A stretch of 52,713 bases of DNA, taken from positions 1 to 52,713 of the forward strand of contig DATMVT010000141.1 in assembly GCA_035562895.1 (NCBI GenBank), given 5' to 3'. This stretch comes from Patescibacteria group bacterium. GTDB taxonomy: Bacteria > Pseudomonadota > Gammaproteobacteria > Xanthomonadales > Ahniellaceae. Positions 31,501 to 43,805 of this stretch are shown here, in pieces. Below the pieces are notes generated by a model, which saw only the letters and a list, made by a program, of their open reading frames with translations, ran no database searches and was not told where the DNA came from. The position numbers and the translations under genes are program-made. Each line of letters begins with the position of its first letter. Within the stretch, counting starts at the first letter, position 1.

Positions 31501-32056
31501 TCGCACGCTGCAGGCGACAGCGGAAAAACGCCGGGGCCAGATCGAGATCCCGATCGTGTTCGGCGGCGTCGTGCCTGCGGGCCTGCGACGCCGCGGCGAC
31601 AGCATGGGCTTCGCGGCGATCGAGGACGCCAGCGGACGCATCGAAGTCGGGCTGTTTCGAGAGGCGCTGACCGAATACGCCGCGGTGTTCGCGAAAGACC
31701 AGATGGTGGTGGTCGCCGGTGGTCTCAGCATCGACGAATACTCGGGCGGCTACCAGCTCAAGCTGCGCCAGGCCTGGACCCTGACCCAGGCCTGCGAACG
31801 CTTCGGTCGCGGCCTGCGCATCCATGTCGCGGACGTGTCGCCGCCCTGGCTGGATCGGCTGGCGAAAACGCTGAAACCGGCTCGATCCGGCGCAGCGGCA
31901 GTTCGCCTGATGTACCAGAACGCTGCAGCACGCACCGAGCTGCAGCTCGGCGATGACTGGCGCGTGCGCATCCTTCCCGAAGTGGTCGAAGAACTGCGGC
32001 GGCTGGACGGCGTCGGGGATGTCCAGCTGTCACTTGCGCGGGCCAGCGGCAACTGA
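28580..32056 (+). CDS. dnaE: DNA polymerase III alpha subunit
   Basis: PHP-domain start [61 protein letters not shown]. 1158 aa. Confidence 0.97.
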   Translation: MTATFVHLHLHTEYSLVDSTIRIDRLVTACAAAGMPAVAMTDDTNLFALVKFYNAVEKAGLKPIIGCDLWVGERGDDLTRATVLCQNRDGYLRLSRLLSAAYRERGKSERVFVPRAKLLADNTGLVALLGRPSELIAAPDVDSAERLLEDWRRGFDDRLYLELTRCGRVDEATQQQRLLHLAGRRDVPVVATNDTRFLAREDFEAHEARVCIATGRVLNDPKRPRHHTDQQYLKTPAEMRETFADCPEAIENAVELAKRLNIEMSFGKYYLPAFPVPEEHTLDSFIRSRAHAGLDDRFASYRGELPFPRQTYVERLDIELDVIVKMGFPGYFLIVADFINWSKENGIPVGPGRGSGAGSLVAYALKITDLDPLPQDLLFERFLNPERVSMPDFDIDFCMDRRDEVIDYVARKYGRDRVSQIITYGTMAAKAVVRDTGRVLGMGYGHVDSIAKLIPTTLGITLDDAIAESAELRERMAAEDEVATLIELARKLEDLTRNAGKHAGGVVIAPTPLPDFAPLYCEEGGESVVTQFDKDDVEKAGLVKFDFLGLRTLTIIDWAVKAINAGRVGSGEAALDIAHLPMDDAATYALLSRGDTTAVFQFESRGMKDYIRKLQPQGFDDIVALAALFRPGPLGAGMVDDFINRRHGRAEVSYPHPSLEPILKPTYGVIVYQEQVMQIAQVLAGYTLGGADLLRRAMGKKIASEMAEQRSIFEAGAAKNGVDPDVARGIFDLMEKFADYGFNKSHSAAYALVAYQTAWLKAHYPAEFMAATLSSDMDNTDKLVAFLDDAKEVCGLQILPPDVNSSTYMFEALDAKRIRYGLGAIKGVGRAACEAIADARRVHGAYASLDELAQRVDGNRLNKRVLEALVNAGALDALGHNRATLMNHLPEAMKGAEQQARNRDAGQIDIFGQSAVSAAPPVIVRTLPEWPLLQRLHGERETLGHYLSGHPADAYKSELKQLTSGPIGKAEEFYRTLQATAEKRRGQIEIPIVFGGVVPAGLRRRGDSMGFAAIEDASGRIEVGLFREALTEYAAVFAKDQMVVVAGGLSIDEYSGGYQLKLRQAWTLTQACERFGRGLRIHVADVSPPWLDRLAKTLKPARSGAAAVRLMYQNAAARTELQLGDDWRVRILPEVVEELRRLDGVGDVQLSLARASGN

Positions 32057-32093
32057 CGCTATCATTGCGGCTTCGTGCCAGGAAACGACCCTG

Positions 32094-33053
32094 ATGAATC
32101 CGAACGTCCTCGAATTCGAGAAACCGATCGCCGAGCTGGAAGCCAAGCTGCGCGAACTGCGTGCCAGTTCGCAGGGCCAGTCGCTCGATTTCGACACCGA
32201 GATTCGCAAGCTCGACGGCAAGCTGCGCGAGAAGACCGTCGAAATCTTCCAGAACCTGAGCGCCTGGCAGATCGCGCAACTCGCGCGTCACCCGCTGCGA
32301 CCGTACACCCTGGATTACATCGGCCACATGTGCGAAGAATTCCACGAACTCGCGGGCGATCGCGCATTCGCCGACGACGCCGCCATCGTCGGCGGACTCG
32401 GTCGCATCGACGGCCACAGCGTGGTCATCATCGGCCACCAGAAGGGCCGTGACACCAAGCAGAAGATTCGTCGCAACTTCGGCATGCCGCGCCCGGAGGG
32501 GTATCGCAAGGCGCTGCGACTGATGCAAATGGCCGAACGCTTCAACCTGCCGCTGTTGACCCTGATCGATACGCCGGGCGCCTATCCGGGCGTCGGTGCG
32601 GAAGAGCGCGGGCAATCGGAAGCGATTGCGCGCAACTTGCTGGAAATGGCGAAACTGCGCGTCCCGATCGTCTGCACCGTGATCGGTGAAGGCGGTTCCG
32701 GCGGCGCACTCGCGATCGGCGTCGGCGACCGCGTCAACATGCTTCAGTTCAGCACCTACTCGGTGATCACGCCCGAAGGCTGCGCCTCGATCCTGTGGCG
32801 CAGTGCGGAACGTGCCAAGGATGCTGCCGAAGCCATGGGCCTGACCGCCGCACGCCTGATCGAACACGGACTGATCGACCAGATCATTCCCGAACCGCTC
32901 GGCGGCGCACATCGCGATCCGAAGGCCACCGCCGAGAACCTCAAGGCACTGGTGCTCGGCCAGATCGCCGAATTGCAGAAACTCGACACCGATGTGCTGC
33001 TGACCCAGCGCTATGAACGGCTGCGCGGCATGGGCCAGTATCAGGCCGCCTGA
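32094..33053 (+). CDS. accA: Acetyl-CoA carboxylase carboxyltransferase alpha subunit
   Basis: [73 protein letters not shown]. Confidence 0.95.
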   Translation: MNPNVLEFEKPIAELEAKLRELRASSQGQSLDFDTEIRKLDGKLREKTVEIFQNLSAWQIAQLARHPLRPYTLDYIGHMCEEFHELAGDRAFADDAAIVGGLGRIDGHSVVIIGHQKGRDTKQKIRRNFGMPRPEGYRKALRLMQMAERFNLPLLTLIDTPGAYPGVGAEERGQSEAIARNLLEMAKLRVPIVCTVIGEGGSGGALAIGVGDRVNMLQFSTYSVITPEGCASILWRSAERAKDAAEAMGLTAARLIEHGLIDQIIPEPLGGAHRDPKATAENLKALVLGQIAELQKLDTDVLLTQRYERLRGMGQYQAA

Positions 33054-33085
33054 CGCCGCGAACGACACCGAATCACGCGCAAAAA

Positions 33086-33109
33086 GAAACCCCGCCGAAG
33101 CGGGGTTTC
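33086..33109. terminator. Bidirectional Rho-independent terminator between accA (+) and the ompA-family gene (-)
   Basis: aaaaaGAAACCCCGC cgaa GCGGGGTTTCtcgttt: a 10-bp perfect stem. The U-run is stronger for the minus-strand transcript. Confidence 0.8.
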
Positions 33110-33133
33110 TCGTTTCAGGAACTCGCGTTCCGA

Positions 33134-34219
33134 TTACTGCTGCTTGACGAGCTCGGTGCGGCGGTTGCGTGCACGGCCTTCCGAGGTGTCGTTGGTGTCG
33201 ATCGGCTTGCCTTCGCCGTAACCGTTCGGACCCGACAGACGATCAGCGGCGATGCCCTTGTTCGTCAGGTACTCGTACACGGTCTTGGCGCGGCGTTCCG
33301 ACAAGCCCTGGTTGTAAGCGTCGGTGCCGACGGAGTCGGTATGACCGGCGACTTCCACCTTGAGCGCCGGATAGCGGTTCAGCACGTCGACGGCCTGGTC
33401 GAGGATCGCGACCGATTCAGCGGTCAGATCGGACTTGTCGAACGCGAAGTTCACGCCACGCAGATCGATCACGATCGCCTGTCCGCAACCATCCGCGCCC
33501 ACGGCTTCGCCAGCGGCCGAGGTCGGGCACTTGTCGTCGCAGTTGTTCACGCCGTCTTGGTCATCATCCAGCGTGCTGCAGTCGGCAACGACTGGCGCAG
33601 CCGGCTCGACGGCCGGATCGGCTGCCGGCTGGGCAGGCGGAGCAGCCACTTCGCCCAACTTGAAGGTTGCGCCAAAGGTCGCGATCCAGTCGCCGAAATG
33701 GTCGACGCCCGGGATCGACTGGTCGTCCATGTCGTAGCGATAGGTCAGCTCGGTACGCAGCGCGACCGAGTCGTTGAGGTCATGACCGAAGCCGAGACCG
33801 GCATCGAACACCGGATTCGAATTGCTGTGGGTGCCGTAGCTCAGCGCCTGATCGGTCACGCGCGCTTCCGACAGGCCGAGACCGACCTTCAGGAACGGAC
33901 GCCACGACCAGTCGGTGAAATAATGTCGCAGGGACGCCGTCAGCGCGAAGCTGTCGAGGTCGCCGACATAGTGGTACTGGCTGCCGAGGTTACGAGTGGT
34001 GTAGTCGATGCTCAGGTCGAGCGAGGTGTTTTCGGCAACGAAGCGGCCGAAACCAAGCGAACCGAATTCCGTGTCATCGGAATCCACATAGCGTTCATTG
34101 TCGTTGTGCGACATGCCAATGGCCGGTGCAACGTACCAGCGGTTGTCATAGTCTTGCGCCGAAACGGCGCCTGCGCCCAACGCGAGCGCGATCAGGGCAC
34201 ACAGATTCTTACGGTTCAT
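33134..34219 (-). CDS. OmpA-family outer membrane porin (OprF/MopB-like) with an acidic Cys-rich linker
   Basis: Signal peptide MNRKNLCALIALALGAGAVSA. N-terminal beta-barrel region. Linker CSTLDDDQDGVNNCDDKCP...GADGC. C-terminal OmpA domain NFAFDKSDL...VEVAGHTDSVGTDAYNQGLSERRA...GRARNRRTEL. Confidence 0.9.
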   Translation of the reverse strand: MNRKNLCALIALALGAGAVSAQDYDNRWYVAPAIGMSHNDNERYVDSDDTEFGSLGFGRFVAENTSLDLSIDYTTRNLGSQYHYVGDLDSFALTASLRHYFTDWSWRPFLKVGLGLSEARVTDQALSYGTHSNSNPVFDAGLGFGHDLNDSVALRTELTYRYDMDDQSIPGVDHFGDWIATFGATFKLGEVAAPPAQPAADPAVEPAAPVVADCSTLDDDQDGVNNCDDKCPTSAAGEAVGADGCGQAIVIDLRGVNFAFDKSDLTAESVAILDQAVDVLNRYPALKVEVAGHTDSVGTDAYNQGLSERRAKTVYEYLTNKGIAADRLSGPNGYGEGKPIDTNDTSEGRARNRRTELVKQQ

Positions 34220-34338
34220 CGGAGTCTCCTTGTTGGTATGGCGTTGTCCCGGGGCCCCAGAACAACAGCCCGGGATTATAGTCGAAGGCCCGGGTCAATT
34301 GGGCCGAATGCCTGCTGAATCATCCAGCCACCGATTCA

Positions 34339-35229
34339 TCACGCCAGCGGCTCGGCCAGCCGCGGATCGCTGCGCAGGCGCTCGGTCAGGAACTCCATGA
34401 AGGTCTTGATCCGGGCCACGTGACGCAGATCGGGATGCGTCAGCAGCCAAAGTTCCCCGGTAAACCTCGGTTCGACCGGAAAAAGACGCTGTAGATCAGG
34501 CAGATGCTGGTCGCTCGGCAACAGCGCCAGACCGACGCCTTCGCGGGCGAGGGCCGCCATCGTTTCGAGATCGGCGGCGCGCGCGACGATCGCATCGTCC
34601 GGCACGTGTTTGGCCAGCCACGAGAACACCGGCAAGCGCTGGAAGTTCTGGGTGGCGCCGATGATGCGATGCGCCGCCAACTCGTCCATGCCCGCGGGGC
34701 AGCCCATGCGTTCGCGGTAGCTGCTTGCGCCGTACACCCACCAGCACAGCGAGGCGACGCGACGACCGACCAGATGCTCGGGTGGCGCGCTCGTTGCCCG
34801 CAAGGCGACATCGGCCTCGCGTCGCGCCAGGTCGAGCTCCGAATCCGAGGCGTCGATGTCGACGCGGATGCCCGGGTAGCGGGCGATGAAATCGGGCAGG
34901 TACTGCGCGAGGAAACCGGTCGCGAGGCCGTGCGGCGCGGTGATCCGGATGTCGCCGCGCAGCGCGAAATCTCGCCCGGCGATCTTGCGTTCCAGCGCAT
35001 GCACGTTCGCTTCAACCGCCTCGGCCTCGGTGCGGATGGATTCGCCCTCGGGCGTCAATGCATAACCGCTGGGCATGCGTTCGAAGAGGCGCACCCCGAG
35101 CACATCCTCGAACGCGTTCAGGCGCCGGAACACCGTCGAGTGATTGACCTTGAGGGTGCGCGAGGCCGCCGCCAACGAACCGCCGCGCGCGATCGCGAGA
35201 TACACCTGCACGTCATTCCAGTCGAACAT
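34339..35229 (-). CDS. LysR-family transcriptional regulator
   Basis: N-terminal HTH MFDWNDVQVYLAIARGGSLAAASRTLKVNHSTVFRRLNAFEDVLGVRLFER plus a substrate-binding domain. Confidence 0.85.
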   Translation of the reverse strand: MFDWNDVQVYLAIARGGSLAAASRTLKVNHSTVFRRLNAFEDVLGVRLFERMPSGYALTPEGESIRTEAEAVEANVHALERKIAGRDFALRGDIRITAPHGLATGFLAQYLPDFIARYPGIRVDIDASDSELDLARREADVALRATSAPPEHLVGRRVASLCWWVYGASSYRERMGCPAGMDELAAHRIIGATQNFQRLPVFSWLAKHVPDDAIVARAADLETMAALAREGVGLALLPSDQHLPDLQRLFPVEPRFTGELWLLTHPDLRHVARIKTFMEFLTERLRSDPRLAEPLA

Positions 35230-35251
35230 GCGGTGTGCCTCGCGTCGTGGG

Positions 35252-37885
<2,634 letters not shown>

Positions 37886-38003
37886 GGGAATACCAAGGGG
37901 TCGGAAGACCGAGGATTCTAGCGGAGCCGCGGCCGAGTCCAAGCTCGGCGAGCGATCACAAGACGCGAGAGCCGCGCGCCTTCGATTGTCCTAACATCGG
38001 CAC

Positions 38004-40007
38004 ATGCTGCGACATGCCGCCCTGGCCCTGTTTCTGTTCCTGTCCTCGCTGACGCCTTCTGCGACGGCCTCGGCACGCAGCGCGGGAACGGAGCCGCCCG
38101 AGGTCGCCGCGTTGCGCGATGACCGATCGCACCCGGCGGAATCCCTGATGGCGCAAACGGACGCCTGGGGCAAGACCGCGTCGACGCCGGTGGCGTCAGG
38201 CTGGGTCAAGCTGGCGATGGGCGAATTCTGCGATGAAACCGAGCAACCCGAACGCGCCTACGTCTTGTTGAACGATGCGCTGGCGATCGCCCGCGCCGAG
38301 CGTGCCGACGATCTGGCCATGGCCGCGTACAGCCGCCTGTCGTCGATGTACGCGAATCGCGGCGAGACGGCCGGCGCAGCCGACGTGCTGACGACGATGG
38401 AGGGGATCGCGCGCAGCTCCGGGCGTTCGGACTGGCTGGCACTGTGGGCGTACAACCGCGGCGTGCTGGAGCGCAAACTCGGCAAGTTTCCCGAAGCCAT
38501 CGCCTTCTTCGAGCAATCCGCGGCGGCGGCACGGACCGGCCAGGACACCGAGCAGCAGGCGCGCGCCTTGAATGCCGTCGGACTGGTGCTGGCACGCACC
38601 GGGCAATTCGCCGACGCCCTGGCACGCCACAACGACGCCCTCGATCTCGCACGCCGCACCGACGACCGCTCCGAGATCGCGCGCACCTACCGCATGCTCG
38701 GCTTTCTGCACCGGAATCTGGACGACGAGGAACTGGCCGCCCAGAACATCCGTGAAGCGCTGAAGCATCTCGGCCCGCGCGACGTGCGCGAAAGCATCGC
38801 GCTGCGCGGCGAATTGTCGCGCTCGCTGCTGAAAATGGGACGGATCGAAGAGGCCGCGCGCTACGGCGAAGAGGCCTCGAATGAGGCGATGTCGCTCGGC
38901 AGTCCGCCGAACAAGGTGAATTCGTTCATCGCGCTGTCCGACGTGCGCCTCGCGCAGGGCCGCATCGACGATGCCGACCTGTGGTCGCGCCGCGCCGCCG
39001 AGCAGTTCAATTCGGTCGCGATCCGCGACCAGGTGCAGATCCATGCCAACCGCACGCGCGTGGCACGCGCACGCGGCGACCTCAAGACGGCCTTGTCCGA
39101 GTCGCAAGCGACCATCGACGGTGCGCGCAAACTGGGTGACAAGGTGCTCGAGCGCAGCGCCCTCGACGAGCATTCCGACATCGAGCTCGCGGTCGGCGAC
39201 ACGATGGCGGCCATGGCCACGCGCAAGGCGTTCCAACAGCTCGACAAGACCCTCGCGATCGACGTCGCCGGGCGGCGCGTCGCGATCCTCGAAGGCAATC
39301 TCGCGGCACAGCGCGCGGAGTCGCAGCGCGCCCTGCTCGTCCGCGACAACCAGATCCAGACACTGCGACTGGCACGCCAACGCCTGCTCGGCATCGCGCT
39401 GATCGTCGGCTTGTGCGCACTCGCGGCATTTGCCGTGATGCTGCTCCGCCGCTTCCGCGAAACCCAGCGCCTGCACGCGGCACTCGTCGCCAGCGCCGCG
39501 GAACTGGAACGGGTCGCCAGCACCGACGCGCTCACCGGCGTCGCCAATCGCGGCGCCGTGACGGCCCAGTTCGAGCAATTGCTGGCGCAGTCGCAATCCG
39601 GTTCGCACGCGCTTTCAGTCCTGTTGATCGACATCGACCACTTCAAGAAGGTCAACGACCACCATGGTCATCTGGCGGGAGATGCGGTCCTGCGCGAAGC
39701 GGCACAGCGCATGCGTGCCGCCCTGCCCGATTCGGCGCGCTTCGGGCGCTGGGGCGGCGAGGAATTCATCGCGATCCTGCCCGGCATCGACCCCGTGGAC
39801 GTGAATGCCATCGCCGAACGCGTGCGCATGGCGGTAGCGGCGACGCCGTTCCGGTACGACACCCACGAGATGTCGGTGAGCATCAGCATCGGCGTCGCCA
39901 CCGCGCCACGTCCGGAGCGCCGCGGCATCGATCGCCTGATCGCCACCGCCGACGCCGCGCTTTATCGCGCCAAGCATGGCGGGCGCAATCGCGTCGAAGT
40001 CGCCTAA
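38004..40007 (+). CDS. TPR-repeat sensor / GGDEF-domain diguanylate cyclase
   Basis: Signal-peptide-like N-terminus, ~380 aa of TPR-like repeats and one TM helix (LLGIALIVGLCALAAFAVMLL). GGDEF domain with DALTGVANRG, IDIDHFKKVNDHHGH and GGEEF at 39753..39767. Confidence 0.85.
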   Translation: MLRHAALALFLFLSSLTPSATASARSAGTEPPEVAALRDDRSHPAESLMAQTDAWGKTASTPVASGWVKLAMGEFCDETEQPERAYVLLNDALAIARAERADDLAMAAYSRLSSMYANRGETAGAADVLTTMEGIARSSGRSDWLALWAYNRGVLERKLGKFPEAIAFFEQSAAAARTGQDTEQQARALNAVGLVLARTGQFADALARHNDALDLARRTDDRSEIARTYRMLGFLHRNLDDEELAAQNIREALKHLGPRDVRESIALRGELSRSLLKMGRIEEAARYGEEASNEAMSLGSPPNKVNSFIALSDVRLAQGRIDDADLWSRRAAEQFNSVAIRDQVQIHANRTRVARARGDLKTALSESQATIDGARKLGDKVLERSALDEHSDIELAVGDTMAAMATRKAFQQLDKTLAIDVAGRRVAILEGNLAAQRAESQRALLVRDNQIQTLRLARQRLLGIALIVGLCALAAFAVMLLRRFRETQRLHAALVASAAELERVASTDALTGVANRGAVTAQFEQLLAQSQSGSHALSVLLIDIDHFKKVNDHHGHLAGDAVLREAAQRMRAALPDSARFGRWGGEEFIAILPGIDPVDVNAIAERVRMAVAATPFRYDTHEMSVSISIGVATAPRPERRGIDRLIATADAALYRAKHGGRNRVEVA

Positions 40008-40768
40008 GCCAGCAACTGCCAGAGCACGCGCGCGATCAGCGCCAGCACGACCCCGAGGAAGACTCGGCGGATGAAGGCATCGCCCTTGCGAATGGCGAGC
40101 TTGCTGCCGACATAACTGCCGAGCATGTTGCCCAAGACGAGCGGCAGCGCGACCGTCCAGACGACGAAACCGCTGAGCATCAGGCTCAGCCAGGACGAGA
40201 CGTCGGCGGCGACGTTGGCGAGCTTGGCGAGCGCGGATGCACCGAGGAAATCGAAGCCGACCAGACCGACGAAACCGAACACCATCAAGGTGCCGGTGCC
40301 GGGGCCGATCAAACCGTTGTAAAAGCCGGTGACGGCCGCGACGATGCCGGAGCGGCGTCGCGTCAGCGCAACGTCGGCAGGCAATTGCTCGCGCTGGCCG
40401 AAGTCCTTGCGGAACGCGGTGTACACGGCGAGCAGCACGCAAACCGCCAGCACGACGTACTTGAGAACATCGCCATCGATGCGCTTGGCAAACTGGACGC
40501 CGACGGCCGAGCACAGGGTGGCAGCGAGGCAGGTCCACAGCACCAGTCGCCGATCGAGCTTCACCACCTTGAGGTAATTCCAGGCCGCCACCGAGGTGCC
40601 TAGAATCGAACTGGTGCGCTGGGTCGCGATGATCTGCAGGATCGAGAATTCCGGAAACAGGTTGACCATGGCCGGGGTCATGATCAGGCCGCCACCGCCG
40701 ACGATGCTGTCGAGCAGACCGGCGAAGAATGCCGCGATTCCGGCAAGCACCAGGGTCAGTGGATCCAT
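40004..40768 (-). CDS. TauE/SafE-family (DUF81) anion permease
   Basis: ~8-TM protein with the duplicated motifs GGGGLIMTPAMV and GPGTGTLMVFGFVGLVG, typical of sulfite-exporter TauE/SafE family proteins. Confidence 0.75.
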   Translation of the reverse strand: MDPLTLVLAGIAAFFAGLLDSIVGGGGLIMTPAMVNLFPEFSILQIIATQRTSSILGTSVAAWNYLKVVKLDRRLVLWTCLAATLCSAVGVQFAKRIDGDVLKYVVLAVCVLLAVYTAFRKDFGQREQLPADVALTRRRSGIVAAVTGFYNGLIGPGTGTLMVFGFVGLVGFDFLGASALAKLANVAADVSSWLSLMLSGFVVWTVALPLVLGNMLGSYVGSKLAIRKGDAFIRRVFLGVVLALIARVLWQLLA

Positions 40769-40771
40769 TCG

Positions 40772-41233
40772 TCAATCATCGACTTCGGCACGGGTCACCG
40801 CGCGCACCACGGAGCCGTCGAATCCGCGCGCACTCAACCACGCAGCGCGCTTCTGGCGCTCCTTGTGATCGGCCGCGTCGGTGTCGCGAAACTTCGCCGA
40901 GAACACGCGCCTCGCGATCACGATCCAGTCGACCTCGGCCGAGCCGATCGCGGCCGTCGCGGCTTCACGGACGATGCCATGCGATGCCAGTTCGGCGCGA
41001 ATGCGCAGCGGCCCGTAGCCATCCAGCGCACGCCGGCGCACCAGCGATTCGGCGAAACGCGCGTCGCTCTGGTAATTGCGGTCGCCCATCTCGCCAACGA
41101 CGTCACCGGCTTCCTCGGCGGCCACGCCCTTCTGCAGCAGCTTGCGCTTCAACTCACGCGCGGAATGTTCACGCCGCGACAGCAGGCCGAGGGCGCGGTC
41201 GCGCGGGGAAACGGGCGGGCGGTCCTTGCGCAT
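40772..41233 (-). CDS. recX: RecA regulator RecX
   Basis: ALGLLSRREHSARELKRKLLQKG...YQSDARFAESLVRRR...GYGPLRIRAEL, immediately downstream of recA. Start taken at the ATG of MRKDRPP. Confidence 0.85.
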   Translation of the reverse strand: MRKDRPPVSPRDRALGLLSRREHSARELKRKLLQKGVAAEEAGDVVGEMGDRNYQSDARFAESLVRRRALDGYGPLRIRAELASHGIVREAATAAIGSAEVDWIVIARRVFSAKFRDTDAADHKERQKRAAWLSARGFDGSVVRAVTRAEVDD

Positions 41234-41294
41234 GTGGACTCCGGAACAACATTGCCCCGGCGCGACGGCCGGGGCGATGTCGATCGCGCGAAGA

Positions 41295-42332
41295 TCAGGC
41301 TTCTTCGGTTTCCTCGGCGTCGGCTGCACGCGCCGCCGGCACCTTCGCCGTGATCATCTTGGCGCGCAGCTTGGCCTCGATATCGTCGGTCATGGCCGGG
41401 TGCTCCTTCAGGAACAGGCGAACGTTGTCCTTGCCCTGGCCGATGCGTTCGCCGCTGTACGAGTACCAGGCACCCGATTTCTCGATCAGGTTGTTGGCCA
41501 CGCCCATCTCGATGATTTCGCCTTCGCGCGAGGTGCCTTCGCCGTAGAGGATCTCGAATTCGGCCTGACGGAACGGCGGCGCCACCTTGTTCTTGACGAC
41601 TTTGACGCGCGTCTCCGAACCGATCACTTCCTCGCCGCGCTTGACCGCGCCGATGCGGCGGATATCGAGGCGCACCGAGGCGTAGAACTTCAGCGCATTG
41701 CCGCCGGTGGTGGTTTCCGGGTTGCCGAACATCACGCCGATCTTCATGCGGATCTGGTTGATGAAGATCACCAGGCAGTTCGAGCGCTTGATGTTCGCAG
41801 TCAGTTTGCGCAGGGCCTGGCTCATCAGGCGAGCCTGCAGCCCGACGTGGGAATCGCCCATCTCGCCTTCGATTTCGGCCTTCGGCGTCAGCGCCGCGAC
41901 CGAGTCGATGACGACGATGTCGACCGCATTCGAACGCACCAGCATGTCGACGATTTCCAGCGCCTGCTCGCCGGTATCCGGCTGCGACACCAGCAAGTCG
42001 TCGACCTTGACGCCCAACTTCGCGGCATAGCTCGGATCGAGCGCGTGTTCGGCGTCGACGAAGGCGGCGGTGCCGCCGGCGCGCTGCGCGGCAGCGATGA
42101 CCTGCAGGGTCAGCGTGGTCTTGCCCGAGGATTCCGGACCGTAGATTTCGACGATGCGGCCACGCGGCAGACCGCCGATGCCGAGCGCGATGTCCAGACC
42201 GAGCGAACCGGTCGAGATCGCGTCGATGGTGTCGGCCTCGCGGTCGCCCATGCGCATCACCGTGCCCTTGCCGAACTGCTTGTCGATCTGCGCCAGGGCG
42301 GAAGTCAGGGCGCGCTTCTTGTTGTCATCCAT
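41295..42332 (-). CDS. recA: Recombinase RecA
   Basis: [90 protein letters not shown]. Confidence 0.98.
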   Translation of the reverse strand: MDDNKKRALTSALAQIDKQFGKGTVMRMGDREADTIDAISTGSLGLDIALGIGGLPRGRIVEIYGPESSGKTTLTLQVIAAAQRAGGTAAFVDAEHALDPSYAAKLGVKVDDLLVSQPDTGEQALEIVDMLVRSNAVDIVVIDSVAALTPKAEIEGEMGDSHVGLQARLMSQALRKLTANIKRSNCLVIFINQIRMKIGVMFGNPETTTGGNALKFYASVRLDIRRIGAVKRGEEVIGSETRVKVVKNKVAPPFRQAEFEILYGEGTSREGEIIEMGVANNLIEKSGAWYSYSGERIGQGKDNVRLFLKEHPAMTDDIEAKLRAKMITAKVPAARAADAEETEEA

Positions 42333-42514
42333 GGGGATGTCCTCGGGTCGTTGATGGGTGGGATGGACGCAGCCTGACAGCGCGCATTCTCAGATCGCGA
42401 GACGTCGTCCGGTAACCGGCAAAGTATCCCACAGCGCGATGTGCCGCTTCGGTGACGGGCGGGTGATCGGGTGCGAGATTTCGGAATCGTCAATGCGGGT
42501 GCAGCAACCGGGTT

Positions 42515-42796
42515 TCAGGCCGCAGCTTCCTGCGCCGCGGCCTCGATCAAGGCGGCAGGCACGCCGCGCTTGCGCAGGGCTTCGGCGAGCCGCGCTGCCG
42601 GACCATACATCTGCACGGCCTCATCGCGGCGCAAACCCTCGCTCACGTAGGCCTTCAGCAGTGCCTGATAACCACTCATGCCCTTGTGCGGCGCAATCGC
42701 CTTGAGCGACTCGACGACATCCACCGGTACGCGCAGGGTGATCGTGGTCATCGCGCGTTCTTTCGTCATGCGAGCCTTGAGCTTTTCAGGAATCAT
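42515..42796 (-). CDS. brnA: BrnA-like antitoxin (ribbon-helix-helix type)
   Basis: TTITLRVPVDVVESLKAIAPHKGMSGYQALLKAYVSEGL matches the BrnA antitoxin pattern. The start overlaps the brnT stop by 11 nt. Confidence 0.7.
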   Translation of the reverse strand: MIPEKLKARMTKERAMTTITLRVPVDVVESLKAIAPHKGMSGYQALLKAYVSEGLRRDEAVQMYGPAARLAEALRKRGVPAALIEAAAQEAAA

Positions 42797-43082
42797 GGTC
42801 GCTTCGCTCCTGCTTGCTGGCCTTGCGGGCCGAAATGATGCGGATGTCGCTTTCTTCGAACGCGATGTGCACCACGTACAGCAGAAGACCGCTGGCATCG
42901 TAGCCAATGACCGCGTCCCGAGCTTCGTCGTTGCGACTGGCGTCGATCAGTCTGAAGAACGGGTCGAAGAACACTTCCGCGGCGCGTTCGAAGGTGATGC
43001 CGTCGTGGTGCAGCGCATTCAAGCGCGCCTTCTCGTCATCCCAAACAAAATGGACACCGTTGATTTCGTGCCGAATATCCAT
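42786..43082 (-). CDS. brnT: BrnT-like toxin (DUF497 family ribonuclease toxin)
   Basis: FVWDDEKARLNALHHDGITFERAAEVFFDP...RDAVIGYDASGLLLYVVH...IRIISARKASKQE matches the DUF497/BrnT pattern. The toxin lies upstream of the antitoxin, as in BrnTA. An alternative start is at 43094. Confidence 0.75.
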   Translation of the reverse strand: MDIRHEINGVHFVWDDEKARLNALHHDGITFERAAEVFFDPFFRLIDASRNDEARDAVIGYDASGLLLYVVHIAFEESDIRIISARKASKQERSDHDS

Positions 43083-43218
43083 GCGGCAAAGCATGTTCCC
43101 GGAAATTTACTTTGTCAATACGCGTCAAAGCGACTGCCAAATGGCTGCCTGCTGAAGCCGGGCGTCGAGCCAAAGTGGCGTTCTCTTGGCGAAACGGCGA
43201 GCGCGAACGCAACCACGC

Positions 43219-43746
43219 TCACCGCCCCGCCAGCAACCGCTCCAACCCGGCCAATGCCTCGGCGACGGTGGCGCGGCGGATGGCGTCGCGGTCGCCGCTG
43301 AAGTGGAAGACTTGCGCGACCGGCGGATGGTGGCCGAAGCCCCAGGCGATCCAGACCGTGCCCACCGGTTTGTCCTTCGTGCCACCGGTCGGTCCGGCGA
43401 TGCCGGTGATGGCGACCGCGAGATCGGCGCGCGATCGCGACAAGGCACCGCGCACCATCTCGATCACCGTCTCGCGGCTCACGGCGCCATGCTGTTCGAG
43501 CGTCTGCCGCGGCACGCCGAGCATGGCTTCCTTGGCGTCGTAGCTGTAGGCGACGAAGGCGCAGTCGAACCAGCCGGAACTGCCCGGCACTTCGGTCGCC
43601 ACCTTCGCGACCCAGCCACCGGTGCAGGACTCGGCGGTGGCCAGTTTCAAGCGCGCTTCGAGCAGGCGCGCGCCGAAGGCGGCCGCGGCCGCATGCAGAT
43701 CATCGTCGCAGAACGGAGTCGTGTGCATCGGCGGATTATGCCGCAC
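43219..43746 (-). CDS. pncC: CinA-family protein / nicotinamide-nucleotide amidohydrolase PncC-like
   Basis: [44 protein letters not shown]...[13 protein letters not shown]. The start may instead be the ATG at 43728. Confidence 0.85.
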   Translation of the reverse strand: MRHNPPMHTTPFCDDDLHAAAAAFGARLLEARLKLATAESCTGGWVAKVATEVPGSSGWFDCAFVAYSYDAKEAMLGVPRQTLEQHGAVSRETVIEMVRGALSRSRADLAVAITGIAGPTGGTKDKPVGTVWIAWGFGHHPPVAQVFHFSGDRDAIRRATVAEALAGLERLLAGR

Positions 43747-43805
43747 TGACCGACCTCGGGGCAGCCGCTACACTGCGCGGCCCCGTTGCCTGCGCCTCGC
43801 ACCTC

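Noticed and set aside
34247-34303. A perfect TATAAT on the minus strand (34275..34280), 56 nt upstream of the ompA-family start, with a nearby TTGAC and three CCCGGG sites.
   Set aside because: The TTGAC element is only 12 nt from the -10 hexamer, which is the wrong spacing for a sigma70 -35. I do not call a promoter, and the CCCGGG recurrences may be chance in GC-rich DNA.
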